Positions 8,920 to 18,703 of a DNA stretch of 41,873 nt are shown here, piece after piece. The notes under the pieces are model-generated. The model was not told the origin of the DNA, ran no database searches, and saw only the letters and a list, made by a program, of their open reading frames with translations. The position numbers were made by a program, and so were the translations under genes. How positions within the stretch are numbered: position 1 is the first letter of the stretch; each line of letters starts with the position of its first letter. The DNA comes from an uncultured bacterium. GTDB taxonomy: Bacteria; Patescibacteriota; Minisyncoccia; Phycocordibacterales; CAJBMK01. The DNA lies in contig CAJBMK010000088.1 in the NCBI GenBank assembly GCA_903954165.1, positions 1 to 41,873 of the forward strand, read 5' to 3'.

Positions 8920-9933
8920 ATGAAATTGTTTTCCCGCAAAATCGGAATTGATTTGGGTACGACTAATACATTGGTATTTGTCCCGGGTAAGGGGATTGTT
9001 TTGAATGAGCCTTCGGTAGTAGCTGTGTCGGAACAGGATAATCGTATCCTGGCCGTCGGTTCCGAAGCAAAAAACATGATCGGCAAGACTCCTGATAATA
9101 TTATTGCGTACCGTCCAATGAAAGACGGCGTCATTGCAGATTATCGCGTGACGGAAGCAATGCTTCGCTATTTTATAAACAAAGCGCTTGGAAAATGGAA
9201 TATTTGGAAGCCGGAAGTGATGGTGTCTGTTCCGGCCGGTGTGACGTCAACAGAACGCCGTGCTGTCATTGAAGCAACAATAAAAGCGGGAGCAAAAAAT
9301 GCTTACGTTGTAAAGGAACCAATTTTGGCCGCTATCGGTGCAGGCATTCCTATTTATGAAGCTATGGGACACATGGTGGTGGATATCGGCGGTGGTACGA
9401 CCGATGCGGCCGTTATTTCTTTGGGCGGTATTGTTGCTTCCACATCCGTCAAATGTGCTGGAAATCGTATTGATGTGGCGATTACCGATTATATTAAGAA
9501 GACGTTCAACTTGGCTATCGGCGACAAAACGGCTGAGGATATAAAAATTAAAATTGGATCGGCGGTACCAATGGACGAGGAGCTTTCAATGACCATAAAA
9601 GGGCGAGATTATATAAGCGGTCTGCCTCGGACGGCTGAAGTAAAATCAAATGAAATCGTCAAAGCAATCGCTCAGGAACTTCGTGAAATGATAAAAGCAA
9701 TCAAGGATGTCTTGCAGGAAACTCCTCCTGAATTGGCGGCGGATATTATTGACCGTGGTATTATAATGACCGGCGGTTCGTCTTTGCTTCGAAATTTACC
9801 TGAGCTTGTGTATCGTCGAACGGGAGTGAAGGCGGTGCTTGCAAAAGACGCTTTATACTGCGTGGCCAAAGGAACGGGTATTGCGCTTGAACATCTCGAT
9901 ACATACAAAAAATCCATTATCGCAAAGCGGTAA
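8920..9933 (+). CDS. mreB: Rod shape-determining protein MreB
   Basis: 337 aa. Actin-fold motifs IGIDLGTTNT, VVDIGGGTTD and IIMTGGSSLLRNL. Confidence 0.95.
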   Translation: MKLFSRKIGIDLGTTNTLVFVPGKGIVLNEPSVVAVSEQDNRILAVGSEAKNMIGKTPDNIIAYRPMKDGVIADYRVTEAMLRYFINKALGKWNIWKPEVMVSVPAGVTSTERRAVIEATIKAGAKNAYVVKEPILAAIGAGIPIYEAMGHMVVDIGGGTTDAAVISLGGIVASTSVKCAGNRIDVAITDYIKKTFNLAIGDKTAEDIKIKIGSAVPMDEELSMTIKGRDYISGLPRTAEVKSNEIVKAIAQELREMIKAIKDVLQETPPELAADIIDRGIIMTGGSSLLRNLPELVYRRTGVKAVLAKDALYCVAKGTGIALEHLDTYKKSIIAKR

Positions 9934-10043
9934 TTTTGAAAAATAATTGCATAATAGTTTGAAGCCGACGGTGTAATCACTGTGCGTCACGTTTCAAGAG
10001 TCTGTATTATATTTTTCACAGACACGGCGACATTCAAGAATTC

Positions 10044-10072
10044 TTGTTATTATGTCAATTTCAAGGTATAGT
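10044..10072 (+). promoter_or_regulatory. Promoter placing the transcription start at the uvrB ATG (leaderless)
   Basis: TTGTTA (10044-10049), 17-nt spacer, TATAGT (10067-10072), then 6 nt before the ATG at 10079. Confidence 0.5.
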
Positions 10073-10078
10073 TTTCCC

Positions 10079-12193
10079 ATGCAAAAAAGCGGCCAGTTTA
10101 CAATGAAGTCTCCATTCGAGCCGTCGGGCGATCAGCCGAGGGCTATTTCGGAGTTGATGGACGGCATTAAAAAGGGTTTTCGTTATCAGACGCTTTTGGG
10201 AGTGACCGGATCGGGTAAAACTTTTACGGCCGCGAACATAATTCAGAAAATCGGCAAACCGACGCTGGTTATCGCCCACAACAAAACTTTGGCCGCACAG
10301 CTGGCTCAGGAATACCGCGAATTTTTTCCCGATAATGCGGTGCACTATTTTGTATCGTATTACGATTATTATCAGCCCGAGGCCTATATGCCGGTAACTG
10401 ATACCTATATCGAAAAAGAGGCACAGATAAATGAAGAAATTGAACGCTTGCGCCATGCGTCTACGCAGGCTCTTTTAACCCGCAAGGATGTTATTATTGT
10501 GGCGTCGGTTTCCTGTATTTACGGCTTGGGTTCGCCGGTGGAGTACGAGCGTGTAAATTTGCGTTTAGACAAAGGGCAGAAGGTGACTCGGGCGGAACTT
10601 TTGCGAAAAATTGTAAACATTCATTTTGAACGGACGACGGCTGACTTATCGCCGGGACAGTTTCGGGCAATTGGGAATTCAATTGAGATTATGCCGGTTA
10701 ACGAGCGAATTATTTATCGTTTGGAATTGGGCGAGGAAATTATAGAAAGAATTGATAAGATTGACGGTGTTTCGAGGACCGTTTCGGCCGAAGACATTTC
10801 CGTTTTCTTCCTGTTTCCGGCCAAGCATTTTATTACGGATGAAAAACAGATTGCGGGAGCGCTTCACGGTATTAAAATCGAAGCGGACGAACAGGTAAAA
10901 AAGTTTGAGGCGGCCGGTAAAAATATTGAAGCGGAACGACTTCGCCGTCGGACAAAATATGATGTGGCGCTGATTCGCGAAGTGGGCTATTGTAACGGAA
11001 TTGAAAATTATTCCCGTCATTTTTCGGGAAAAGCACCCGGCCAACCACCCGATACGTTGCTTTCGTATTTTCCGCATAAGGAAGACGGCACTCCCGATTT
11101 TTTGACCATTATAGACGAGTCGCATGTGGCTATTCCGCAATTGCGCGGTATGTTCGCGGGCGACGAGTCGCGAAAAAATACGCTGGTGGAACACGGATTT
11201 CGTTTGCCGAGCGCCAAAGATAATCGACCGTTAAAATTTGACGAATTCGAACACCGCGTCGGACAGATTATTTGTACTACCGCCACGCCCGGTCCATACG
11301 AGCGCGAAGTGAGCGAACGAATTGCCGAACAGGTTATTCGTCCGACCGGATTAATCGATCCGGAAGTTTCTATTCGTCCGGTACTTGCTCGGGCCGATTA
11401 CAAAGGGCAAATTGTTGATTTTATTTCCGAGGCCGAAAAAAATATTGCCAAAGGCGGTCGTGTTATCGCGACGACGCTGACGAAAAAAATGGCGGAAGAT
11501 TTGACCGACTACCTGAAAGAAAAAGAAATTAAAACTGAATATGTCCACAGCGATATCGAGACGCTTGAACGAATCAGGATTTTGACGGATTTTCGAAAAG
11601 GAAAATTCGATTGCCTCATCGGTGTCAACTTGCTTCGAGAGGGTTTGGATTTGCCGGAAGTTTCGTTTATCGGAATTCTCGACGCCGACAAGGAAGGTTT
11701 TTTGCGCTCTGAAACATCATTGATTCAGATTATCGGTCGTGCCGCGCGAAATGTTCACGGGTATGTTATTTTGTACGCCGATAAAGTCACCGGCTCAATT
11801 GAACGGGCAATCGGGGAGACGAACCGTCGCCGAACTATTCAGAAAGCCTATAACGAAAAGCACGGCATTACTCCTACGTCAATTCATAAGAAAATTAAAG
11901 ATATTACCGAGGAGCTAGACAGCGAGCACAAAAAAGCCGTCAAAGAAATTTTGGCTATTGATAAGGGAATGATTTTGGCGAATCCGAAAGCGTTAAATAG
12001 TCTCATTAAAGATAAGGAGAAGCAGATGAGCGACGTGGTCAAAGTGCTTGATTTTGAAACCGCCGCCCTTTTGCGCGACGAAATCGCGGAATTGCGCATT
12101 ATGCAGGCTGTACAGGAGGAAGATGAGCCAAAATTAAAAAAAAGACGTTTTGGCGGGCCGAAGGCGATTATAGAAAAACGAATAATAAAGTAA
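10079..12193 (+). CDS. uvrB: Excinuclease ABC subunit B
   Basis: PSGDQPRAI, GVTGSGKTFT, DESHV and a C-terminal UVR motif (FETAALLRDEIAELR). The ORF is open from 10052. I prefer the ATG at 10079 because of the -10 box 6 nt upstream and its similarity to typical UvrB N-termini. Confidence 0.93.
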   Translation: MQKSGQFTMKSPFEPSGDQPRAISELMDGIKKGFRYQTLLGVTGSGKTFTAANIIQKIGKPTLVIAHNKTLAAQLAQEYREFFPDNAVHYFVSYYDYYQPEAYMPVTDTYIEKEAQINEEIERLRHASTQALLTRKDVIIVASVSCIYGLGSPVEYERVNLRLDKGQKVTRAELLRKIVNIHFERTTADLSPGQFRAIGNSIEIMPVNERIIYRLELGEEIIERIDKIDGVSRTVSAEDISVFFLFPAKHFITDEKQIAGALHGIKIEADEQVKKFEAAGKNIEAERLRRRTKYDVALIREVGYCNGIENYSRHFSGKAPGQPPDTLLSYFPHKEDGTPDFLTIIDESHVAIPQLRGMFAGDESRKNTLVEHGFRLPSAKDNRPLKFDEFEHRVGQIICTTATPGPYEREVSERIAEQVIRPTGLIDPEVSIRPVLARADYKGQIVDFISEAEKNIAKGGRVIATTLTKKMAEDLTDYLKEKEIKTEYVHSDIETLERIRILTDFRKGKFDCLIGVNLLREGLDLPEVSFIGILDADKEGFLRSETSLIQIIGRAARNVHGYVILYADKVTGSIERAIGETNRRRTIQKAYNEKHGITPTSIHKKIKDITEELDSEHKKAVKEILAIDKGMILANPKALNSLIKDKEKQMSDVVKVLDFETAALLRDEIAELRIMQAVQEEDEPKLKKRRFGGPKAIIEKRIIK

Positions 12194-12293
12194 CGGTGAC
12201 GAACGGTGCGTTTCAAAACCGAGCAAAAAAAACGCGCGCGAATCGATTGCGTTTTGTGTGGATATCGCATTCCGTTACCGCTTCAGAATGAGG

Positions 12294-12299
12294 TATACT
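12294..12299 (+). promoter_or_regulatory. -10 box (TATACT) 6 nt upstream of the ATG at 12306
   Basis: Same -10-N6/7-start geometry as uvrB, uvrC, ddl and the GlmU-like gene. No convincing -35 element. Confidence 0.35.
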
Positions 12300-12305
12300 A
12301 TTTGC

Positions 12306-13976
12306 ATGAAAAAAAATCCCGCAATTCGTGTTGAATTTTTGGTATCAGATATGAAACAAAAATATGCATATGTTGTTTTTTTCATAGTATTACTTACAGC
12401 CGTGCTGTTTTATTGGGGCTCAAGAATTCAATCAGTTTCGGCGTTACAAACGGAACAGGCAAAAATTTCCGGCTATGCGTGGTCCTCAAATATCGGCTGG
12501 ATTAGTATGAATTGTCCGACAATAAATTCGTGCACATACGGCGTTTCGTTTGATGTAAAGACCGGTCTTATGAACGGTTATGCCTGGTCTTCAAATATCG
12601 GTTGGATTTCGTTTACGGAAAGCGATTTGATGCAATGTCCCGTTTCGGAATGTAAGGCTGAATTCAAACTCGCAAACGGTACAATGAAAATGACCGGGTG
12701 GGCTCGCGCGTTGTCTCCAAATAAAAGCGGAAATTCCGGCTGGGACGGTTGGATACGGCTTGACGGGGCTACCTATGGCGTGACTGATAATGGCGGGGGA
12801 ATAATAGGCGGATATGCGTGGGGTAGCGACGTCATTGGCTGGATTGATTTTACCGGCGTAACATATAATCCTTCAGATATTCAAACGGGACTTTCGGTGT
12901 CTTTGACGGCAGACAGAGATACGTATATTTTGACTTCGGTGAACGATTCCTTTACGCCAGTGTTAACAGCCGGGATTAAAAATTATTATTCGGGGGAAAT
13001 ACTTTCGTATAGCTATACCTGTTTTGACGGTGACAGTATGCATCCCGTGGCTCCCGAGACCATTACAATTCCAAATACAATGATTGGAAGTGACGGAACG
13101 TTTGTGGTAAAAGAAAGTTTTGATTTAGAAGCTAAGAATGCGTGTTCGTACGCGACCGTTGGTGACAAAAAACCGACCGTGTATGTGTACGGTAACGCCG
13201 GCCGGAGCGGAAACGGTTCCGTAAATATGTATATTAATAGTTTTTCCTGTAACTCGGATAATAAAGTACTTGCCGAAACAAACGGTAATTCTAAAGCGAC
13301 GTGGTCCGTCCGGCCCGCTTCCGGAAAAGGCTCCCTTAGTAATATGCACTGGACGACAAGCGGTCTAAGTCCGGAAATTATTGGCAATACAGAGACGTTT
13401 AGTATTAATAATTCACAAATTAGCGTAGCCAACCCGAGTACTATTGAAGTACGAATGACGTCGGGAAATTATGTAAACACAGCGGGAAAAACGTTTGTGC
13501 TTCCGGAATTAAAATGTTCATCAGTAACGGTTGAAAAAGATTGTCATCTCAATTTTAATGACATAACGGCTCGACCGAAATTGAAAATTATCATAAAAAG
13601 TGCCGACTCCGAAACGGTGAATCTCGATTTCAATAGCGCGTCGGATATTTCGTGTTACAAGCACGGATGGTCCACGATAGCGTTTGACGAAAACGTTGCC
13701 TTGCCCGCCGGGACAGATTTGGGAAGCGCAAAAATTACGCTCGCCGTCAACAATGCTTCACCGGATAATAAAGGTATCTACCACATCAATAGCAGTAGTT
13801 TGTCATCCTCCAATGCAATTCCAGTCCATTTCCACATAGATTCTCCCGTAAAATCAGGCCAGTATACGGTGTACATAAAAGCTACTTTTGATCAAGGAAA
13901 AAAATTAGAAAGAACCTCACTCCTCCCCGTCATCATCCTCATCACAAACCTCAATCCCAATTTCATCGAACGATAA
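12306..13976 (+). CDS. Secreted/membrane-anchored repeat protein (GYAW..GWI repeats plus a C-terminal module shared with the giant protein)
   Basis: The ORF is open from 12258 (GTG). ATGs occur at 12306 and 12351. Hydrophobic anchor YAYVVFFIVLLTAVLFYWG. Four G(Y/W)AW-x-GWI(S/D)F-type repeats at 12471-12855. The C-terminal ~360 aa are homologous to the last ~360 aa of the 18704-30823 protein. Confidence 0.75.
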   Translation: MKKNPAIRVEFLVSDMKQKYAYVVFFIVLLTAVLFYWGSRIQSVSALQTEQAKISGYAWSSNIGWISMNCPTINSCTYGVSFDVKTGLMNGYAWSSNIGWISFTESDLMQCPVSECKAEFKLANGTMKMTGWARALSPNKSGNSGWDGWIRLDGATYGVTDNGGGIIGGYAWGSDVIGWIDFTGVTYNPSDIQTGLSVSLTADRDTYILTSVNDSFTPVLTAGIKNYYSGEILSYSYTCFDGDSMHPVAPETITIPNTMIGSDGTFVVKESFDLEAKNACSYATVGDKKPTVYVYGNAGRSGNGSVNMYINSFSCNSDNKVLAETNGNSKATWSVRPASGKGSLSNMHWTTSGLSPEIIGNTETFSINNSQISVANPSTIEVRMTSGNYVNTAGKTFVLPELKCSSVTVEKDCHLNFNDITARPKLKIIIKSADSETVNLDFNSASDISCYKHGWSTIAFDENVALPAGTDLGSAKITLAVNNASPDNKGIYHINSSSLSSSNAIPVHFHIDSPVKSGQYTVYIKATFDQGKKLERTSLLPVIILITNLNPNFIER

Positions 13977-14150
13977 GTTTTATAATTACCCCCCCGTTAT
14001 TTTATTTAAGAGATACGAGAGTAAATCTATATTTATTTCTCGGTCCGAAATAATTCGTGTTTACAGTCGCTTTTGGACGTGTTTCGATGTAATTTTCTGT
14101 GGATAAGATTTGCATATTTATCGGGTCGCGTGCGGTATAATTCAAGGTAA

Positions 14151-17100
14151 ATGAACGCGAAAAAAAACGCATGTTTTGTTTTAGGATATTTGGCTTTCCT
14201 GAATCAGAAATTTCGTATGAGGACGCGCGTTGTCCCTGTTCTCTTTTTTGGCGTCGGAATCGGTATACTATCGGCTGGTTTTTCATATGTAACTGCTGAA
14301 GCAAACGTCCCATCGTCTATTGTTTCCAAGGCGATAGCCGTCACATCTCCGGTTAATCTTGCTATTAATGCGGATTCAAAATCACGAACACGGGTTGAGG
14401 TGCTTGATGGTAGTCGTTGGGTTACGGTAAATTGGAGGGCTGAGGGATTTGAGCGCGGCGATACGTGTCTGGTAAATATTGCTTTTGCACCAACTTCAGT
14501 GGGAAGTCTCGATTCATCACATGTGTTTCAGAATATTAGTTATTTAAGCACTTTATTGGGTTCCACCGTAGGCACTAGCTGGGTAAAAGTTTCAAAAAAT
14601 ATTGTTCCCCAGAGTGTTACTATTTATCCGCGTATTTCTTGTGTTCATCAGGGTTTAACATACTCGGCAAATAAAGCTGTGTGCGTGGATTGTAATAGCA
14701 CATGGAAAGAAGAACCTGCAGTTCTTACGGTTGCTTCCAAAACATTCAAAAATGTTTTGTACGGACAGTCGGGGTATGAAGAAATTTACATAAAATATTC
14801 GGGTAATTTGAAAGCCGATAATGTAGTCGTGCGAGGATTAACGGAAGCCGGAAGCGGAATTACTAATGAAGGCGGTTCCAATATGCCCTGCGGAAGTTCA
14901 ATTTCGACCGACTGTGTTATTCGGGTGAAATTTACTCCGGAATTAGTTGCAAAGTCCGCATTGTCGAATTCCAATAATGTCGTTTCCGATCCTCGTTACG
15001 TTACGATAGATTATTTTAACGGCAAACAAAATATTTCCGTTCCTTTTTTGGTGACTACTATTTCAACGCCCAAAGCTACACTTGGTGTCAGTCCAAGTAG
15101 TCTTGATTTTGGTGTCGTAAATCAAAAAACAAGAGTTTCAAAGATTTTGAAGCTCAGTAATCAAGTCAAGGGAAGTCAGTTGACCGCCGTAACAATCCCC
15201 GACAGTATTAATTCACCATTCTCCATTAGCGAAAATTGTCCTGACACAATGTCCGCGGATAATTCATGTGATGTAAGTGTGGCGTTTGAACCGACTTCGG
15301 AACAAAAATATGTGAATTCACTTTCGGTCTCAGCGTCCGACGGCGTAACGACTCAAACACAATCAGTTCAGCTTCAGGGTGAATTACAATACCCAAAGAA
15401 TCCCGCGGTGCTATCGGTAGATACGGTTACGATGAGTGCGAAATCTTTTAAGGACACTGTGACAAAATCGGTTTTGATAAAATATAGCGGTGCGGAAAAT
15501 GCCACTATAGATTCCGTAACCGGACTCGGCAATGGCGTTTCTTTTGTCGGAGGCACATTTCCGGGCACCGGCGGAACATGCCAAAAAATAATCAGTGCCG
15601 ACTGTACGATTGTATTGAATTATTCTTTTTTAAATTCACAGAATTCGTCAGCTTTAGTGAAACCCGGTGGGAGTTCACCGGTGTCGTTTGTGATCGTTAT
15701 GAATTATGCAAACGGTGTATCTTCGGATGTTAAATCAACATCATTTTTGGTTAACACTTCCGTAATCGAGCCGAGGGGATTGTTGGCGACTAGTCTTTCC
15801 GATATAAATTTCGGCCAAATTTCGGGGTCGGCTTCAAAAATAATTACTGTCAGTAGTTCTGTTCCCGGTAGTCGACTTTCGAAAATAAAAGTATCTCCAC
15901 TCGAGAACCCGTTTAGTGTTAGCCAGGGGAGTGATTGTCGTGATGATGTAACTAATAGTCAGCGTTGTACTCTATATGTTATGTATAATCCTGAAGCCAA
16001 TACGACATCATCCGCATCATTCGCGATCACCACGTCAGACGGCGTGTCTCTACAAAGTAAGACCATTAATGTAATCGGTTCCGCCAAAGGGCTCATGAAT
16101 AGCCGAGGTCAGCAAATTGGTGCAACACCCGGCTCCGTGGTTTCAACTGATGTTGCTAAGGTGTCGATACCCCACGAACCGCCGGCTATTATTATTGAAG
16201 GCTCGACAGGGACTTCTGAAGTGTCTGTCGGTGATAATGGTACGGATCTGAATAATATTACTTTGCCGGATATAACTGAAGTGGCCACTGAAAAGAAAAT
16301 ATTTGAACTAAATGTGAAGCATGTAGGCATAAGTCCTGTAACCCTGACAAATATCTCAGAACTTAATATGAAAGAAGGTTTTCAATGGTTGGGAGGACAT
16401 TACCCCGGATTAGGGGGAACGTGTGGAAATGTTATATCAAGTAATTGCACTCTAATTCTTGAATTACTTCCTGATGCTAATCATGTTGTTGTTAACCATG
16501 CATTTAAATCACTGCATAATAAATCATTGCGAATGTTTTCTACTTATTTTGATTTTACATATGTTACTGATTCTCAAAAAAAGAAAACACGACTATTGGG
16601 CGTAAATCTCGATGTTTTTGCCCCAATGGTGGGTTCTATTAAGGTCGGAGAATACGCTCCGATATTTGGAGTATTAAAAGAAGGAGGAGAAAGTGTGACA
16701 AAGACGATATCTGTTGAAACAGATAGTGATATTAATGCATCCTTTATTACGGAGGGGGTAGAAAGTTCATCAAGAAATGTCATACCTATTTTAAAATCTA
16801 TTACACTTGAAGGATTGCAATCACCTTTTTCACATGCAGGTACGGATTGTAAAGAAGTTAAGAAGCCCTTTCCTAAAAAAATATGCGATGTAAAAATTAC
16901 CTATACTCCACCCGCTCTCGGTGAGTTGCGGTTTAAGAACGATATCGGTAATGTAATTCTTACCGCGACAAATGGTATTTCCTCGGTAAGTAGGGATTAT
17001 ATCTTAAATGCGACAACTATACCGAAAGAATTGTCCATAGATGTTTCAAAGGACGTTTTGATTGTTTATAATAAACTTTCTCCTGATAGTATTGAGGTCA

Positions 17101-18227
17101 AAGATTATTACATCAATCATCGTCCTGGCATGAATAAAGCGGCTGTAACTTCAATTAGTATTCAGGATCCATGTGCTGGTGTACCGGAAAAAACAACCAC
17201 ACTTCTTTACCCGAATCATGCCATTCACGATTATCAATCTGTTACCAAAGATGATTACTTAAGATTGATAAAAAATCCACTAACAACATACCTAAATAAT
17301 AATCCTACAATCAAGTATATAATCATGATGCCTGGGGTGCCGATGAGGTTTATTGGTGAGCCACATGGTGGATCTCGGTATGTATTTAGTATTCCAGATG
17401 ATCTTAGTAGTAATATCAGTGTAGGTAGTGCATATGAGCACAACTATAGCGGGCAGATCATCGACAGCATAGATAGTAATTATTTTGTACCTTCACTGTA
17501 TCCCGGAACAAGGGCTTTGATTACGTATGTCAATATGGTGGACAAAGATAAAACAATTGCATATATCGATAAATTAGAGCGAATGTATAAAGCGATGCCG
17601 GTTAAGTCTCTGATTATTTCTTCCAAAGATGTTTCGGGTTATGAAAAAGGCCTGTATTATGCTGACGGTTATACAAGTGATAAAATGTATCTTCATTCGA
17701 ATCTATTTGAACTGGGAGTAGAGCGTATGAAAAATTCTATTCCGGAGAGTCGTATTGTCCTTCATACAGATAGGGATAGTGTAAATGATTTAATTGGAAT
17801 CGATGGTTCGGCTCATCCCGCCATAGATGTAGCGGGATATTATGGGTGGGGAATCCATAACCTGGTTTATGGTGAAGAGTTTCCAATGTATACGCCTGAA
17901 AAACCTTTAAATCGAGTCAAGTTCTCAGGAAAGTCTGATTGGTACTTGATGATGACGGAAGAATCATTTAACGGAATTATCGGTGGTTCGGGCGGGCAGT
18001 CAACCTTTCGAACATGGTTTCATGAACTGGCTTTTGGGGGAACTAATTATTCCAATACTCCGGTTGCGGCTGTGGTTCATATTGATGAACCTGGAGGGGG
18101 ATCTACTAATTCGACTATTTTTGCGTGTTTCGATAAAGGTGAATTGCCTTTTGTTGAGTGTGCGTGGAAGTCTGTGACAAACTCAAATGCTACTGTGTTT
18201 ATCGGTGATCCGTTTATAACGCGGTAA
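14151..18227 (+). CDS. Large secreted protein: array of Ig-like (HYDIN/choice-of-anchor-D-like) domains plus a ~400-aa C-terminal globular domain
   Basis: 1,358-aa ORF. An alternative ATG at 14217 gives a textbook signal peptide (MRTRVVPVLFFGVGIGILSAGFSYVTAEA). Contains repeated ~100-aa units with a conserved ...C..VSV.F.P...... pattern, for example LDFGVVNQ...SISENCPDTMSADNSCDVSVAFEPTSEQ. The C-terminal domain starts at KDVLIVYNKLSPDSIEVKDYY and ends at FIGDPFITR. Confidence 0.8.
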   Translation: MNAKKNACFVLGYLAFLNQKFRMRTRVVPVLFFGVGIGILSAGFSYVTAEANVPSSIVSKAIAVTSPVNLAINADSKSRTRVEVLDGSRWVTVNWRAEGFERGDTCLVNIAFAPTSVGSLDSSHVFQNISYLSTLLGSTVGTSWVKVSKNIVPQSVTIYPRISCVHQGLTYSANKAVCVDCNSTWKEEPAVLTVASKTFKNVLYGQSGYEEIYIKYSGNLKADNVVVRGLTEAGSGITNEGGSNMPCGSSISTDCVIRVKFTPELVAKSALSNSNNVVSDPRYVTIDYFNGKQNISVPFLVTTISTPKATLGVSPSSLDFGVVNQKTRVSKILKLSNQVKGSQLTAVTIPDSINSPFSISENCPDTMSADNSCDVSVAFEPTSEQKYVNSLSVSASDGVTTQTQSVQLQGELQYPKNPAVLSVDTVTMSAKSFKDTVTKSVLIKYSGAENATIDSVTGLGNGVSFVGGTFPGTGGTCQKIISADCTIVLNYSFLNSQNSSALVKPGGSSPVSFVIVMNYANGVSSDVKSTSFLVNTSVIEPRGLLATSLSDINFGQISGSASKIITVSSSVPGSRLSKIKVSPLENPFSVSQGSDCRDDVTNSQRCTLYVMYNPEANTTSSASFAITTSDGVSLQSKTINVIGSAKGLMNSRGQQIGATPGSVVSTDVAKVSIPHEPPAIIIEGSTGTSEVSVGDNGTDLNNITLPDITEVATEKKIFELNVKHVGISPVTLTNISELNMKEGFQWLGGHYPGLGGTCGNVISSNCTLILELLPDANHVVVNHAFKSLHNKSLRMFSTYFDFTYVTDSQKKKTRLLGVNLDVFAPMVGSIKVGEYAPIFGVLKEGGESVTKTISVETDSDINASFITEGVESSSRNVIPILKSITLEGLQSPFSHAGTDCKEVKKPFPKKICDVKITYTPPALGELRFKNDIGNVILTATNGISSVSRDYILNATTIPKELSIDVSKDVLIVYNKLSPDSIEVKDYYINHRPGMNKAAVTSISIQDPCAGVPEKTTTLLYPNHAIHDYQSVTKDDYLRLIKNPLTTYLNNNPTIKYIIMMPGVPMRFIGEPHGGSRYVFSIPDDLSSNISVGSAYEHNYSGQIIDSIDSNYFVPSLYPGTRALITYVNMVDKDKTIAYIDKLERMYKAMPVKSLIISSKDVSGYEKGLYYADGYTSDKMYLHSNLFELGVERMKNSIPESRIVLHTDRDSVNDLIGIDGSAHPAIDVAGYYGWGIHNLVYGEEFPMYTPEKPLNRVKFSGKSDWYLMMTEESFNGIIGGSGGQSTFRTWFHELAFGGTNYSNTPVAAVVHIDEPGGGSTNSTIFACFDKGELPFVECAWKSVTNSNATVFIGDPFITR

Positions 18228-18281
18228 TGAGTGAAGGTCGACGAATATAAATAGTAGTTACAACAGGTTAATAAAGAACAT

Positions 18282-18647
18282 ATGCACAAAAAAATAAAAA
18301 AAATATACTTCTCGATATTGATACTATTAGTACTGGTATGTGTGGGATACTATTTGTATCAAATAAATTCCGGTAGTGGCTTAATTTCTGTACATAAAGA
18401 AACGACGATTAATTCTGATGCTTTGGCTCGTATGGTAGATTTGCAGGATAAACTATTTAAGAATGAACGAGAAATCTCCAGTTCAACCATAGACGCGATG
18501 AACGCTTTAAAAAAACAGTCGGCTGATTTGAAAAAAGTCGATATGGAGGAGCAAAAAAAGAGAAGTGCGTATGAGGCTGCGGTAAATAAAAGCAATATTC
18601 GTGAGATGACTATTCCGGGCGGGCGCTATGATTTTAGTCCGAACTAG
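18282..18647 (+). CDS. Small single-pass membrane protein with a coiled-coil-like tail
   Basis: 121 aa. N-terminal TM IYFSILILLVLVCVGYYLY followed by a charged helical region. Tightly spaced between the two large genes (gaps of 54 and 56 nt). Confidence 0.55.
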   Translation: MHKKIKKIYFSILILLVLVCVGYYLYQINSGSGLISVHKETTINSDALARMVDLQDKLFKNEREISSSTIDAMNALKKQSADLKKVDMEEQKKRSAYEAAVNKSNIREMTIPGGRYDFSPN

Positions 18648-18703
18648 TAGATTGCGTTGGTGAGTGCGTCCTGCTAATAATAAATTTGTCATTAATAAAT
18701 TCA

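Noticed and set aside
14002-14313. 103-aa minus-strand ORF upstream of and overlapping the 1,358-aa gene start
   Set aside because: It overlaps the signal-peptide-encoding 5' end of a well-supported gene and the intergenic promoter region. I see no family resemblance.
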